Shown piece by piece: positions 57,278 to 64,000 of a stretch of 64,000 nt of DNA. Each line of letters begins with the position of its first letter. The first letter of the stretch is position 1. Source of the DNA: Actinomycetota bacterium (GTDB lineage Bacteria > Actinomycetota > Acidimicrobiia > Acidimicrobiales > CADCSY01); the NCBI GenBank assembly GCA_019347915.1, contig JAHWKL010000001.1:3612-67611 (forward strand), in the 5' to 3' direction. Made by a program: the position numbers and the translations under genes. Below the pieces are notes generated by a model. The model did no database searches. It worked only from the letters and a program-made list of their open reading frames with translations, and was not told the DNA's origin.

Positions 57278-58786
57278 TCAGCCGGCCGAGGGCCCCGCCC
57301 GCGACGGGAGCACGGGTGCATCGCGGCCGGTTGACGCACCGGCGGCATCGGCGATCTCGTGGTAGGCCCCCTCCACGTTGACCTTCCAGATGTCGTGGGA
57401 GGCGCCGAGGATGTTCTCCACGGTGAGCATGGCCGTGTACATCGAGTGGTCCTGGTTGTTGTACTTGTGCATCCCGTTGCGCCCCACCGGGTGCACGTTG
57501 GGCACGTTGGCGTCGAGCCACCGGCGCAGGACCTCGACATTGGCCTTGTAGGTGTCGTCGTAGACCGGGTACGCCTTGGGCATGCGGACGACGTAGCCCT
57601 CCTGCACCACGGCGGGGTCGACGAGACCCAAGGTGGCCAGCTCGGCCTTGCCCAGCTCGACCAGGGCCTCGTCGGGCATCTCCCACAGGTCGTCGCCCTC
57701 GAAAACGAAGTACTCCAGGCCCAGGCAGGTGCGCCCGTCCTTGACCAGGTACGGCGACCACGATCCGAAGTTCTGGATGCGCCCGAGGCGGACACCGGGC
57801 TCATGGACGTAGATCCAGTTGTCGGGGAAACCCGCCGACTCCGGCACGACCAGGGCCACGGTGAGAAAGTCCCGGTGGTGCAGGTCGGCCGCGGCCTGGC
57901 GCACCTCGTCCGGCACGGGGGGGTCCATGGCGGCGAGGAGCGACCCGATGGGCATCGACGAGATGAGGTGTGAGACGGGGTACTCGCTCTCACCACCGTC
58001 GGTCCGAGCCACCACCGAGACCGCCTTCCCGGCATGGTGGCGCACCTTGGTCACCTTGGTGTTCATGAGCACCTTGGTGCCGCCGGCCTCGACCTCGTCC
58101 CGGGCCCGCTGCCACATCATGCCCGGGCCATACTTGGGATACTGGAACTCCTCGATCAGGCTGGCGATCTCCTTCTGGTTCCGCTTGGGCAGCACGGCGT
58201 TGAGCACGGCTTTCGACAACGAGAGGTTCTTGATCCGCTGCGCTGCCCAGTCGGCGGAGATCTCGGTGGCGGGAACGCCCCACACCTTCTCGGTGTAGGT
58301 CTTGAAGAAGATGCCGTAGAGGCGCCAACCGAAGCGGGCGGCCACCCATCCCTCGAAGTTGCTCTGGTCGGCGGGAGGCCGTACCCGGGCCCAGGCGTAG
58401 GAGGCGACGCAGCGCACCGACTCCAACAGGCCGAGGTTGCGCAAGGCGTTGCTGGCCTTGAGGGGATAGTCGAAGAACTTGCCGTCGTAGAAGATCCGGC
58501 TCATCCTCGGCCGCAGCAGGAAGTCGCCCTCGTCGAGGATCTCGTGCCACAGGTCCTCGACGGCAGGGACCTTGGTGAAGAAGCGGTGGCCGCCGATGTC
58601 GAAACGCCAGCCGTCGGCCTCCACGGTGCGACTGATGCCACCCACCACGCTGTCGCTCTCGAGGACGGTCGAGCGGGCCCCGTGCCGGAGCAGCTCGTAG
58701 GCGGAGGTGAGACCGGCAGGGCCGGCGCCGACAATGACGATGTCGTCGAGCTCCGCTTCGGAGCTCTTCTGCTGTGTCGGCTCCAC
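57278..58786 (-). CDS. NAD(P)/FAD-dependent oxidoreductase (amine-oxidase/UDP-galactopyranose-mutase-like fold)
   Basis: GTG 58786 is in frame with ORF 57278..59266. DIVIVGAGPAGLTSAYEL..........VLES....GG, FDIGGHRFF, C-terminal GRNGMHKYNNQDHSM. Confidence 0.8.
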   Translation of the reverse strand: MEPTQQKSSEAELDDIVIVGAGPAGLTSAYELLRHGARSTVLESDSVVGGISRTVEADGWRFDIGGHRFFTKVPAVEDLWHEILDEGDFLLRPRMSRIFYDGKFFDYPLKASNALRNLGLLESVRCVASYAWARVRPPADQSNFEGWVAARFGWRLYGIFFKTYTEKVWGVPATEISADWAAQRIKNLSLSKAVLNAVLPKRNQKEIASLIEEFQYPKYGPGMMWQRARDEVEAGGTKVLMNTKVTKVRHHAGKAVSVVARTDGGESEYPVSHLISSMPIGSLLAAMDPPVPDEVRQAAADLHHRDFLTVALVVPESAGFPDNWIYVHEPGVRLGRIQNFGSWSPYLVKDGRTCLGLEYFVFEGDDLWEMPDEALVELGKAELATLGLVDPAVVQEGYVVRMPKAYPVYDDTYKANVEVLRRWLDANVPNVHPVGRNGMHKYNNQDHSMYTAMLTVENILGASHDIWKVNVEGAYHEIADAAGASTGRDAPVLPSRAGPSAG

Positions 58787-58922
58787 GCCCCGGTCCCACC
58801 CCTTCCGACGTCGGCAACCACCTGCGCCAGTGGAATTCAGGGTAGGTGACGCGCCCTGTCTCCGTGAACTGCGGAGGAATGTGGTCGTGGCCAGCGCCAG
58901 ATCGGGGCAGACTGGGCAGACG

Positions 58923-60029
58923 ATGCGGGACCGGGTCAGCACTAGGATTTCCGACGTGGCACTCCGCCGCAGCAGCATGCTCCTCGAGGCGCTGGCCTCG
59001 GTGGCGCCCGGGAAGCCGCTGCGTGAGGGCCTCGATCGCATCCTCCAAGCCGAGATGGGCGCCCTGATCGTGGTCGGGGACGATCCCGAGGTGCTCAACA
59101 TCTGCTCTGGAGGCTTCCTGCTCGACGCCGCCTTCAGCCCCCAGCGGCTGTCCGAGCTGGCCAAGATGGACGGCGCCATCATCCTCGCCTCCGACGCCAG
59201 CCGCATCGCCCGGGCCAACGTCCATCTCGTGCCCAACCCCAACGTGGCCACCTCCGAGACCGGCACCCGTCACCGCACCGCCGAGCGGGTGGCCCGCTCC
59301 ATCGCCGTCCCGGTGATCTCGGTGTCCGAGGACCAGTCGGTCATCGCCGTCTACGTGGGCAACGAGAAGCACCCCCTCGAACCCATTCCCCGGTTGCTGG
59401 CCCGGGCCAACCAGGCCCTGTCCACGCTCGAGCGGTACAAGAACCGCCTCGACACGGTGTCGGCCTCGCTGTCGGCGCTCGAGATCGAGGACCTGGTCAC
59501 CCTGCGCGACGTCGTCACCGTGCTCCAGCGAATGGAGATGGTGCGCCGCATCGCCGAGGAGATCGAGCGTCACATCATCGAGCTCGGCGTCGACGGCCGG
59601 CTGGTGCGGCTCCAGCTCGAGGAGCTCATGGGGGGCGTCGAGGACGATCGCCGCCTGCTGATCCGCGACTACTTCCACGAGGATGCCGGATGGCACCTGT
59701 CCGAGGTGCTCGACGGCTTGGCCAACCTGGGCACGGAGGACCTCCTCGATCTCAAGACGGTGGCCGCCATGCTGCACCTGCCCGGAGGCACGCCGGATCT
59801 CGACCTGAGCCTCTCGCCGCGGGGCTTCCGGCTCCTCTCCAAGGTGCCCCGGCTGCCCCCGCCGGTCATCGAGCTCATCGTCGAGCGGTTCGGGAGCCTG
59901 CAGAAGATCATGCGGGCGACCATCGCCGACCTCGACGACGTCAAGGAGGTGGGCGAGGCCCGGGCCCGCAGCATCAAGGAGGGCCTGTCCCGGCTGGCCG
60001 AGACCAGCATCCTCGACCGCTACAACTGA
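58923..60029 (+). CDS. disA: DNA integrity scanning protein DisA (diadenylate cyclase)
   Basis: DAC domain GALIVVGD...DGAIIL...RIARANVHL.P......ETGTRHRTAERVA, linker, C-terminal HhH (KIMRATIADLDDVKEVGEARARSIKEGL). The start could also be ATG 58977. Confidence 0.9.
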   Translation: MRDRVSTRISDVALRRSSMLLEALASVAPGKPLREGLDRILQAEMGALIVVGDDPEVLNICSGGFLLDAAFSPQRLSELAKMDGAIILASDASRIARANVHLVPNPNVATSETGTRHRTAERVARSIAVPVISVSEDQSVIAVYVGNEKHPLEPIPRLLARANQALSTLERYKNRLDTVSASLSALEIEDLVTLRDVVTVLQRMEMVRRIAEEIERHIIELGVDGRLVRLQLEELMGGVEDDRRLLIRDYFHEDAGWHLSEVLDGLANLGTEDLLDLKTVAAMLHLPGGTPDLDLSLSPRGFRLLSKVPRLPPPVIELIVERFGSLQKIMRATIADLDDVKEVGEARARSIKEGLSRLAETSILDRYN

Positions 60030-60081
60030 GGACTGGCCTCGCCGGCCGGCGACATCCGCGGCCGGCTCGCCCGCTCGTACA

Positions 60082-60741
60082 GTGACCGGCGTGGCAGGGG
60101 TGTGGACGGTGGTCGTGGCCGCGGGCCGGGGCACGCGCTTCGGCGGCGCCAAGCAGTACGAGGTGGTGGCCGGCCGGCGCGTTCTCGACTGGGCGTTGGC
60201 GGCAGCCCGGACGGTGAGCGACGGGCTGGTGACGGTGGTGAGTGCCGAGCATGCCGGCCAGCCCGAGCCCCTCGCCGACCGGGTGGTGGCCGGTGGGGCG
60301 ACCCGCTCTGCGTCCGTGCGGGCCGGGCTCACCGCCGTCCCCGAGGACGCCGACGTGGTCGTGGTCCACGACGCCGCCCGGCCGTGCGCCACCCCCGACC
60401 TGTTCGCCGCGGTGGTCGCGGCCGTGCGTGCCGGGGCCGCCGCCGCCGTCCCCGGCCTCCCCGTCGTCGACACGGTCAAGCGCGTCGACGCCGGCGGCGT
60501 GGTGATGGAGACCCTCGACCGGACGGGGCTGGTGACGGTGCAGACCCCGCAAGCGTTCGCCGCCTCCGCCCTGCGAAGCGCCCATGGCGGAGACCCCGAG
60601 GCCACCGACGACGCCGCCCTGGTGGAGCGGGCCGGCGGTCGGGTCGTGGTAGTCCCCGGCGAGCCGGCCAATGCCAAGGTGACCGGGCCCGCCGACCTGG
60701 TCGCCGTCGACAAGGCGCTGACGGCGACGGTGGACCGGTGA
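60082..60741 (+). CDS. ispD: 2-C-methyl-D-erythritol 4-phosphate cytidylyltransferase
   Basis: VVVAAGRGTRFGG.KQY, VVHDAARPC, VDTVK, QTPQAF. Confidence 0.9.
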   Translation: MTGVAGVWTVVVAAGRGTRFGGAKQYEVVAGRRVLDWALAAARTVSDGLVTVVSAEHAGQPEPLADRVVAGGATRSASVRAGLTAVPEDADVVVVHDAARPCATPDLFAAVVAAVRAGAAAAVPGLPVVDTVKRVDAGGVVMETLDRTGLVTVQTPQAFAASALRSAHGGDPEATDDAALVERAGGRVVVVPGEPANAKVTGPADLVAVDKALTATVDR

Positions 60742-61232
60742 GCGTCGCCGCCTCCACCCGGGTGGGCTTGGGCTTCGACGTCCACCCTTACAGTGACGAC
60801 CCGGGCCGCTCCCTGGTGCTGGGTGGTGTGGTGTTCGCCGGTGAACGTGGCCTTGCCGGCCACAGCGACGCCGACGTGGTGGGCCACGCCGCCGCCGACG
60901 CCCTCCTGGGCGCCGGCCGGCTCGGCGACCTGGGCAGTCACTTCCCCGACACCGATCCTGCCTGGGAGGGCGCCGACAGCCTGGAGCTGCTGGCCGCCGT
61001 GCGACAGCGGTTGGACGAGGCGGGATGGGAGCCGGTCAACGTGGACTGCGCCGTGGTGCTCGACGTTCCCCGCCTGGCACCCCGGCGGGAGGAGATGGAG
61101 GCAGCCCTCAGCCGGGCGGCCGGGGCCGAGGTGAGCGTGAAGGGGCGCCGGACCGAGGGTCTCGGAGCCCTGGGCCGGGGTGAGGGCATCGCCTGTTGGG
61201 CGGTGGCACTGGTGCAGCGGCGGGACCGGTGA
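60738..61232 (+). CDS. ispF: 2-C-methyl-D-erythritol 2,4-cyclodiphosphate synthase
   Basis: GTGA overlap with ispD. GLGFDVH, GHSDADV..HA..DALLGA...GD.G..FPDTDP...GADS. Confidence 0.9.
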   Translation: MSVAASTRVGLGFDVHPYSDDPGRSLVLGGVVFAGERGLAGHSDADVVGHAAADALLGAGRLGDLGSHFPDTDPAWEGADSLELLAAVRQRLDEAGWEPVNVDCAVVLDVPRLAPRREEMEAALSRAAGAEVSVKGRRTEGLGALGRGEGIACWAVALVQRRDR

Positions 61233-62122
61233 GCGCCGGCCGCCGTGGCTCGCAGCGCCCCGGGCCGCCCCGGGGTCCCGGCCGCGGCCCCGCTCCACGG
61301 GGCCGGGGGCGCCCTGCGTCGTCGAGCGGGCGCCCCCGCCAGCCCGGGCGGCCGGCGAGGTCGTCGGGGCCCCGGGGCCTCGGCGGCGAGCAGGTGGAGG
61401 GCCGCCACGCCGTCAGGGAACTGCTGGTGGCCGGCCGGCGCCGGGTGCGGGACGTGTGGCTGGCCGACGACGTGGGCGACGCCCCCATCCTCGGCGACAT
61501 CGTCCAGCTGGCCGAGGAGGCCCGGGTGCGGGTCAGGCGGGTGCCGGCGGGGGCGCTGCGCGACGAAGCCCGCTCGGAGGCTCCCCAGGGCGTGCTGGCC
61601 CATGCCGACCCCCTGCCCGAGGCCGACCTGGACGAGCTGCTCACCCGAGGACGAGGCGACGAGGCCCCCTTCGTGGCGTGCCTCGACGGCATCACCGATC
61701 CTCAGAACCTGGGCGCCCTGCTGCGGTCGGCCGAGTGCGCCGGCGTGTCGGGCGTGGTCCTTCCTCGCCACCGGGCGGCCCATGTGACCCCGACGGTGGC
61801 CAAGGCGGCCGCCGGCGCCGTCGAGCACCTGCCCATCGCCGTGGTCCCGGGATTGCCCGCCGCCCTCGCCCGGGCGCGGGAGCTGGGCGTGTGGGCCGTG
61901 GGGCTGGACATGGCCGGGAGCACGAGCCTGTTCGAGCTGACCCTCGCCGGCGAGCCGCTGGCGCTGGTGCTCGGCGCCGAGGGCCGGGGGCTCAGCCGCC
62001 TGGTGCGGGACCGCTGCGACGTACTCGCCTCCATCCCGCTCAGAGGAGCGTTGCCGTCACTCAACGTGGCCAGCGCTGGTGCGCTGGCGTTCTTCGAGGT
62101 AGCCCGCCGGCGCCTCGGCTGA
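61229..62122 (+). CDS. rlmB: 23S rRNA (guanosine-2'-O)-methyltransferase, SpoU/TrmH family (RlmB-like)
   Basis: GTGA overlap with ispF. VEGRHAVRELL, DGITDPQNLGALLRSAECAGV, LVLGAEGRGLSRLV...CD....IP....SLNVASAGAL. Confidence 0.85.
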   Translation: MSAGRRGSQRPGPPRGPGRGPAPRGRGRPASSSGRPRQPGRPARSSGPRGLGGEQVEGRHAVRELLVAGRRRVRDVWLADDVGDAPILGDIVQLAEEARVRVRRVPAGALRDEARSEAPQGVLAHADPLPEADLDELLTRGRGDEAPFVACLDGITDPQNLGALLRSAECAGVSGVVLPRHRAAHVTPTVAKAAAGAVEHLPIAVVPGLPAALARARELGVWAVGLDMAGSTSLFELTLAGEPLALVLGAEGRGLSRLVRDRCDVLASIPLRGALPSLNVASAGALAFFEVARRRLG

Positions 62123-62310
62123 GCCGGGCACTGACCCGGGCGCGGAGCCCAGGAACCGATAATTCGTCACGGTCTTGTCACAGGGCTGCCCTTGGACCTG
62201 CCGGCCAGGGCAATTACTCTCGGCATCTATTGTCGCGGCCTCTAGGCCGATAGTGGGTAGGTCGATAAGAGACGGACACATCTCGCATCACACCAATATC
62301 GGGAGCCCCA

Positions 62311-62967
62311 TTGTCTCCTCATCTTGCAACGGCTGCGCTGCACGAACTCAGCGACGACGATCTGGTCGTCCTTGCCCGGCACGGGGACGACCTGGCACAG
62401 CAGGCGCTGATCCAGCGCTATCGCCGCTTCGCCTGCTCAAAGGGTCGGGGCTACTTCATCGCCGGTGGCGACGACGACGACATCACCCAGGAAGCGCTGA
62501 TCGGCCTGTACAAAGCCGTTCGCGACTACCGGCTCGACCGGCCGGCGTCGTTCCGAGCCTTCGCCGAGCTGTGCATCACCCGCCAGCTCCTCACCGCCAT
62601 CAAGGTCGCCCGCCGCCAGAAGCACTGGCCCCTCAACCAGTACGTCTCCATCTCGGCGGACCACGACGACGAGCCCGGCGACCCGGCGATCGAGCAGATG
62701 CTCACCGACGCCGGCGCCGTCGATCCTGCCGAGCACGTGGTGGGCGACGAGAACGCCCAGGCCACCGGCCGGGCGGTGGCGGCCATGCTGTCGGGTCTCG
62801 AGGTCGAAGTGCTCAGGTTGTTCGTCGAGGGCAAGAGCTACGAGGAGATCGGGGCCCAGGTCGGCCGGCGGGCCAAGTCGGTCGACAACGCCCTCCGGCG
62901 CATCAAGCGCAAGGTCCAGGGCCGGCGGCCCGAGCAACTGGCCGAGCACCGGGTGGCGGTGCCCTGA
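62311..62967 (+). CDS. sigma-70 family RNA polymerase sigma factor (Bacillus SigH-like position and architecture)
   Basis: TTG start. Region 2 is DDDDITQEALIGLYKAVRDYR......FRAFAELCITRQLLTAIK. Region 4 is LSGLEVEVLRLFVEGKSYEEIGAQVGRRAKSVDNALRRIKRK. Confidence 0.85.
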   Translation: MSPHLATAALHELSDDDLVVLARHGDDLAQQALIQRYRRFACSKGRGYFIAGGDDDDITQEALIGLYKAVRDYRLDRPASFRAFAELCITRQLLTAIKVARRQKHWPLNQYVSISADHDDEPGDPAIEQMLTDAGAVDPAEHVVGDENAQATGRAVAAMLSGLEVEVLRLFVEGKSYEEIGAQVGRRAKSVDNALRRIKRKVQGRRPEQLAEHRVAVP

Positions 62968-63003
62968 CCTGCCGCCGGCCGGATGGCGGCCGACGACGAA
63001 CGG

Positions 63004-63645
63004 CTACTTCTTGGCCGGCTCGTAGTAGGGATTGGCGCCGCTGGCGTGGTCGGTCACGTCGACGACGCTGGTGATCTCGGGAACCGACTCACGGATGGCG
63101 ACCTCGATGCCCTGGCTGAGGGTCACGGTGGCCATGCCGCAGCCCTGGCAGCCGCCCGACAGGCGCAGGTAGGCGGTGGTGTCCTCCACCGCCACCAACT
63201 CGGCCTGGCCGCCGTGGCTGGCGATGCTGGGGTTGATCTGGGCGTCGAGCACCTGCATCACCCGCTGGGCCACGTCGCCGCTCAGGTCGGCCGGGGGCCG
63301 GGCACTGATGGCCGGGCTGGCCGGAGCCGGCGGGACGTTCGGGTTGGTGATGGTCATGCCCGGGTTCAGCAGATCGCGGCTGACGCCCAGCGTGGCCCCG
63401 CGCAGCCGGTCGACGCTGGCGGCGGGCACGACGACGGGCAGGTCGTCGTGGCGCTGGACGACGTCGTCGTCGCCGGCCTTGTCGAGCGTGTCGAAGTACA
63501 TGTCGTAGGTGAACTGCGCTCCTGCAGCGCCGGTCACCTCCACCCACAGGGCCAGCTGGTCGGCGTTGGGCTCGCCCTCGCGCAGCGTCAGCACCTTCTT
63601 GCGGGCCTGGTCGGTCACGGTGAGCACGGGTTGCTGGTCGGCCAT
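63004..63645 (-). CDS. Fe-S cluster biogenesis protein, HesB/IscA-like N-domain fused to NifU C-terminal domain (NfuA-like)
   Basis: C-terminal INPSIASHGGQAELVAVEDTTAYLRLSGGCQGCGMATVTL. Confidence 0.85.
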   Translation of the reverse strand: MADQQPVLTVTDQARKKVLTLREGEPNADQLALWVEVTGAAGAQFTYDMYFDTLDKAGDDDVVQRHDDLPVVVPAASVDRLRGATLGVSRDLLNPGMTITNPNVPPAPASPAISARPPADLSGDVAQRVMQVLDAQINPSIASHGGQAELVAVEDTTAYLRLSGGCQGCGMATVTLSQGIEVAIRESVPEITSVVDVTDHASGANPYYEPAKK

Positions 63646-63662
63646 GCCTCCATGATAGGAGC

Positions 63663-64000
63663 GTGCCCCGAGTCGTCCTGCTGCTCCCCACGGGGACGTA
63701 CCGCGCCCCTGACTTCGTGGCGGCCGCCTCGGCCCTGGGCATCGAGGTGGTGGTGGCGTCCGAGCACCGCCAGGCCATGGCCCGGGCCATGGAGCACCGG
63801 GCCCTGGTGGTGGCCCTCGACCGTCCGGAGGCCGCCGCCGGCGCCATCGTCGAGCTGGCCCGCCGCACGCCGGTGGACGGCGTCGTGGCCGTCGACGAGC
63901 AGGGCGTCCTGGCCGCCGCCCTGGCCAGCCAGCGGCTGGGCCTGGCCCACAATCCTCCGGAGGCAGTGGCGGCCACCCGTGACAAGGTCGCCCTGCGCGG
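63663..64000 (+). CDS. ATP-grasp family enzyme, N-terminal part (runs off window)
   Basis: Hand translation from GTG 63663: VPRVVLLLPTGTYRAPDFVAAASALGIEVVVASE...VDGVVAVDEQGVLAAALASQRLGLAHNPPEAVAATRDKVALR is a typical pre-ATP-grasp region. Open to the window end. Confidence 0.5.
   Translation, partial: MPRVVLLLPTGTYRAPDFVAAASALGIEVVVASEHRQAMARAMEHRALVVALDRPEAAAGAIVELARRTPVDGVVAVDEQGVLAAALASQRLGLAHNPPEAVAATRDKVALR

Noticed and set aside
57990-61298. 1102-aa ORF on the minus strand
   Set aside because: It is antisense to disA/ispD/ispF and partly out of frame over the oxidoreductase gene. It has extreme Arg/Gly/Pro content. The plus-strand genes have unmistakable motifs.

Overview
This is a 64-kb chromosomal segment with about 70% G+C and actinobacterial gene content and synteny; class Acidimicrobiia is only a guess. 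The annotation was done by eye from the sequence and the ORF track, with no searches run.

**Right third (about 45-64 kb):** this is conserved housekeeping DNA. It carries a YbaK-like deacylase, pirin, an M50/CBS protease, hsp20, clpB, radA, disA, ispD-ispF-rlmB joined by GTGA overlaps, a sigma-70 family factor, an Nfu-type Fe-S protein and the start of an ATP-grasp gene.

**Left and middle (1-45 kb):** this part looks accessory and partly decaying.
- An edge-truncated BTAD / pseudokinase / STAND NTPase gene, missing from the ORF track.
- dinB, several FAD monooxygenases and a cell-surface BNR / beta-helix cluster.
- A TetR-GNAT divergent pair.
- A lower-GC island with two (alpha/alpha)6-barrel glycoside hydrolases.
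- A beta-propeller lipoprotein operon.
- A Rox-like rifampin monooxygenase next to an aminoglycoside phosphotransferase.

**Most notable items:**
1. Four tRNA-like elements (Trp-, Tyr-, Lys- and Thr-like; two fold completely, two are degenerate) are packed directly upstream of rtcB on the same strand.
2. A two-gene cassette sits beside a decayed integrase. It encodes a 1152-aa protein with no recognisable catalytic motif and poly(Asp-Gly) tracts, plus a 564-aa protein with an N-terminal PD-(D/E)xK nuclease motif.
3. A modular family of at least 9 dispersed intergenic repeats all lies in the same orientation. Two copies are about 98% identical over 108 nt, and some abut truncated gene fragments.
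4. At least five otherwise recognisable genes need +/-1 frameshifts to restore full length.

No rRNA, CRISPR array, intact transposase or intact integrase was seen. Many long antisense ORFs are high-GC artefacts.
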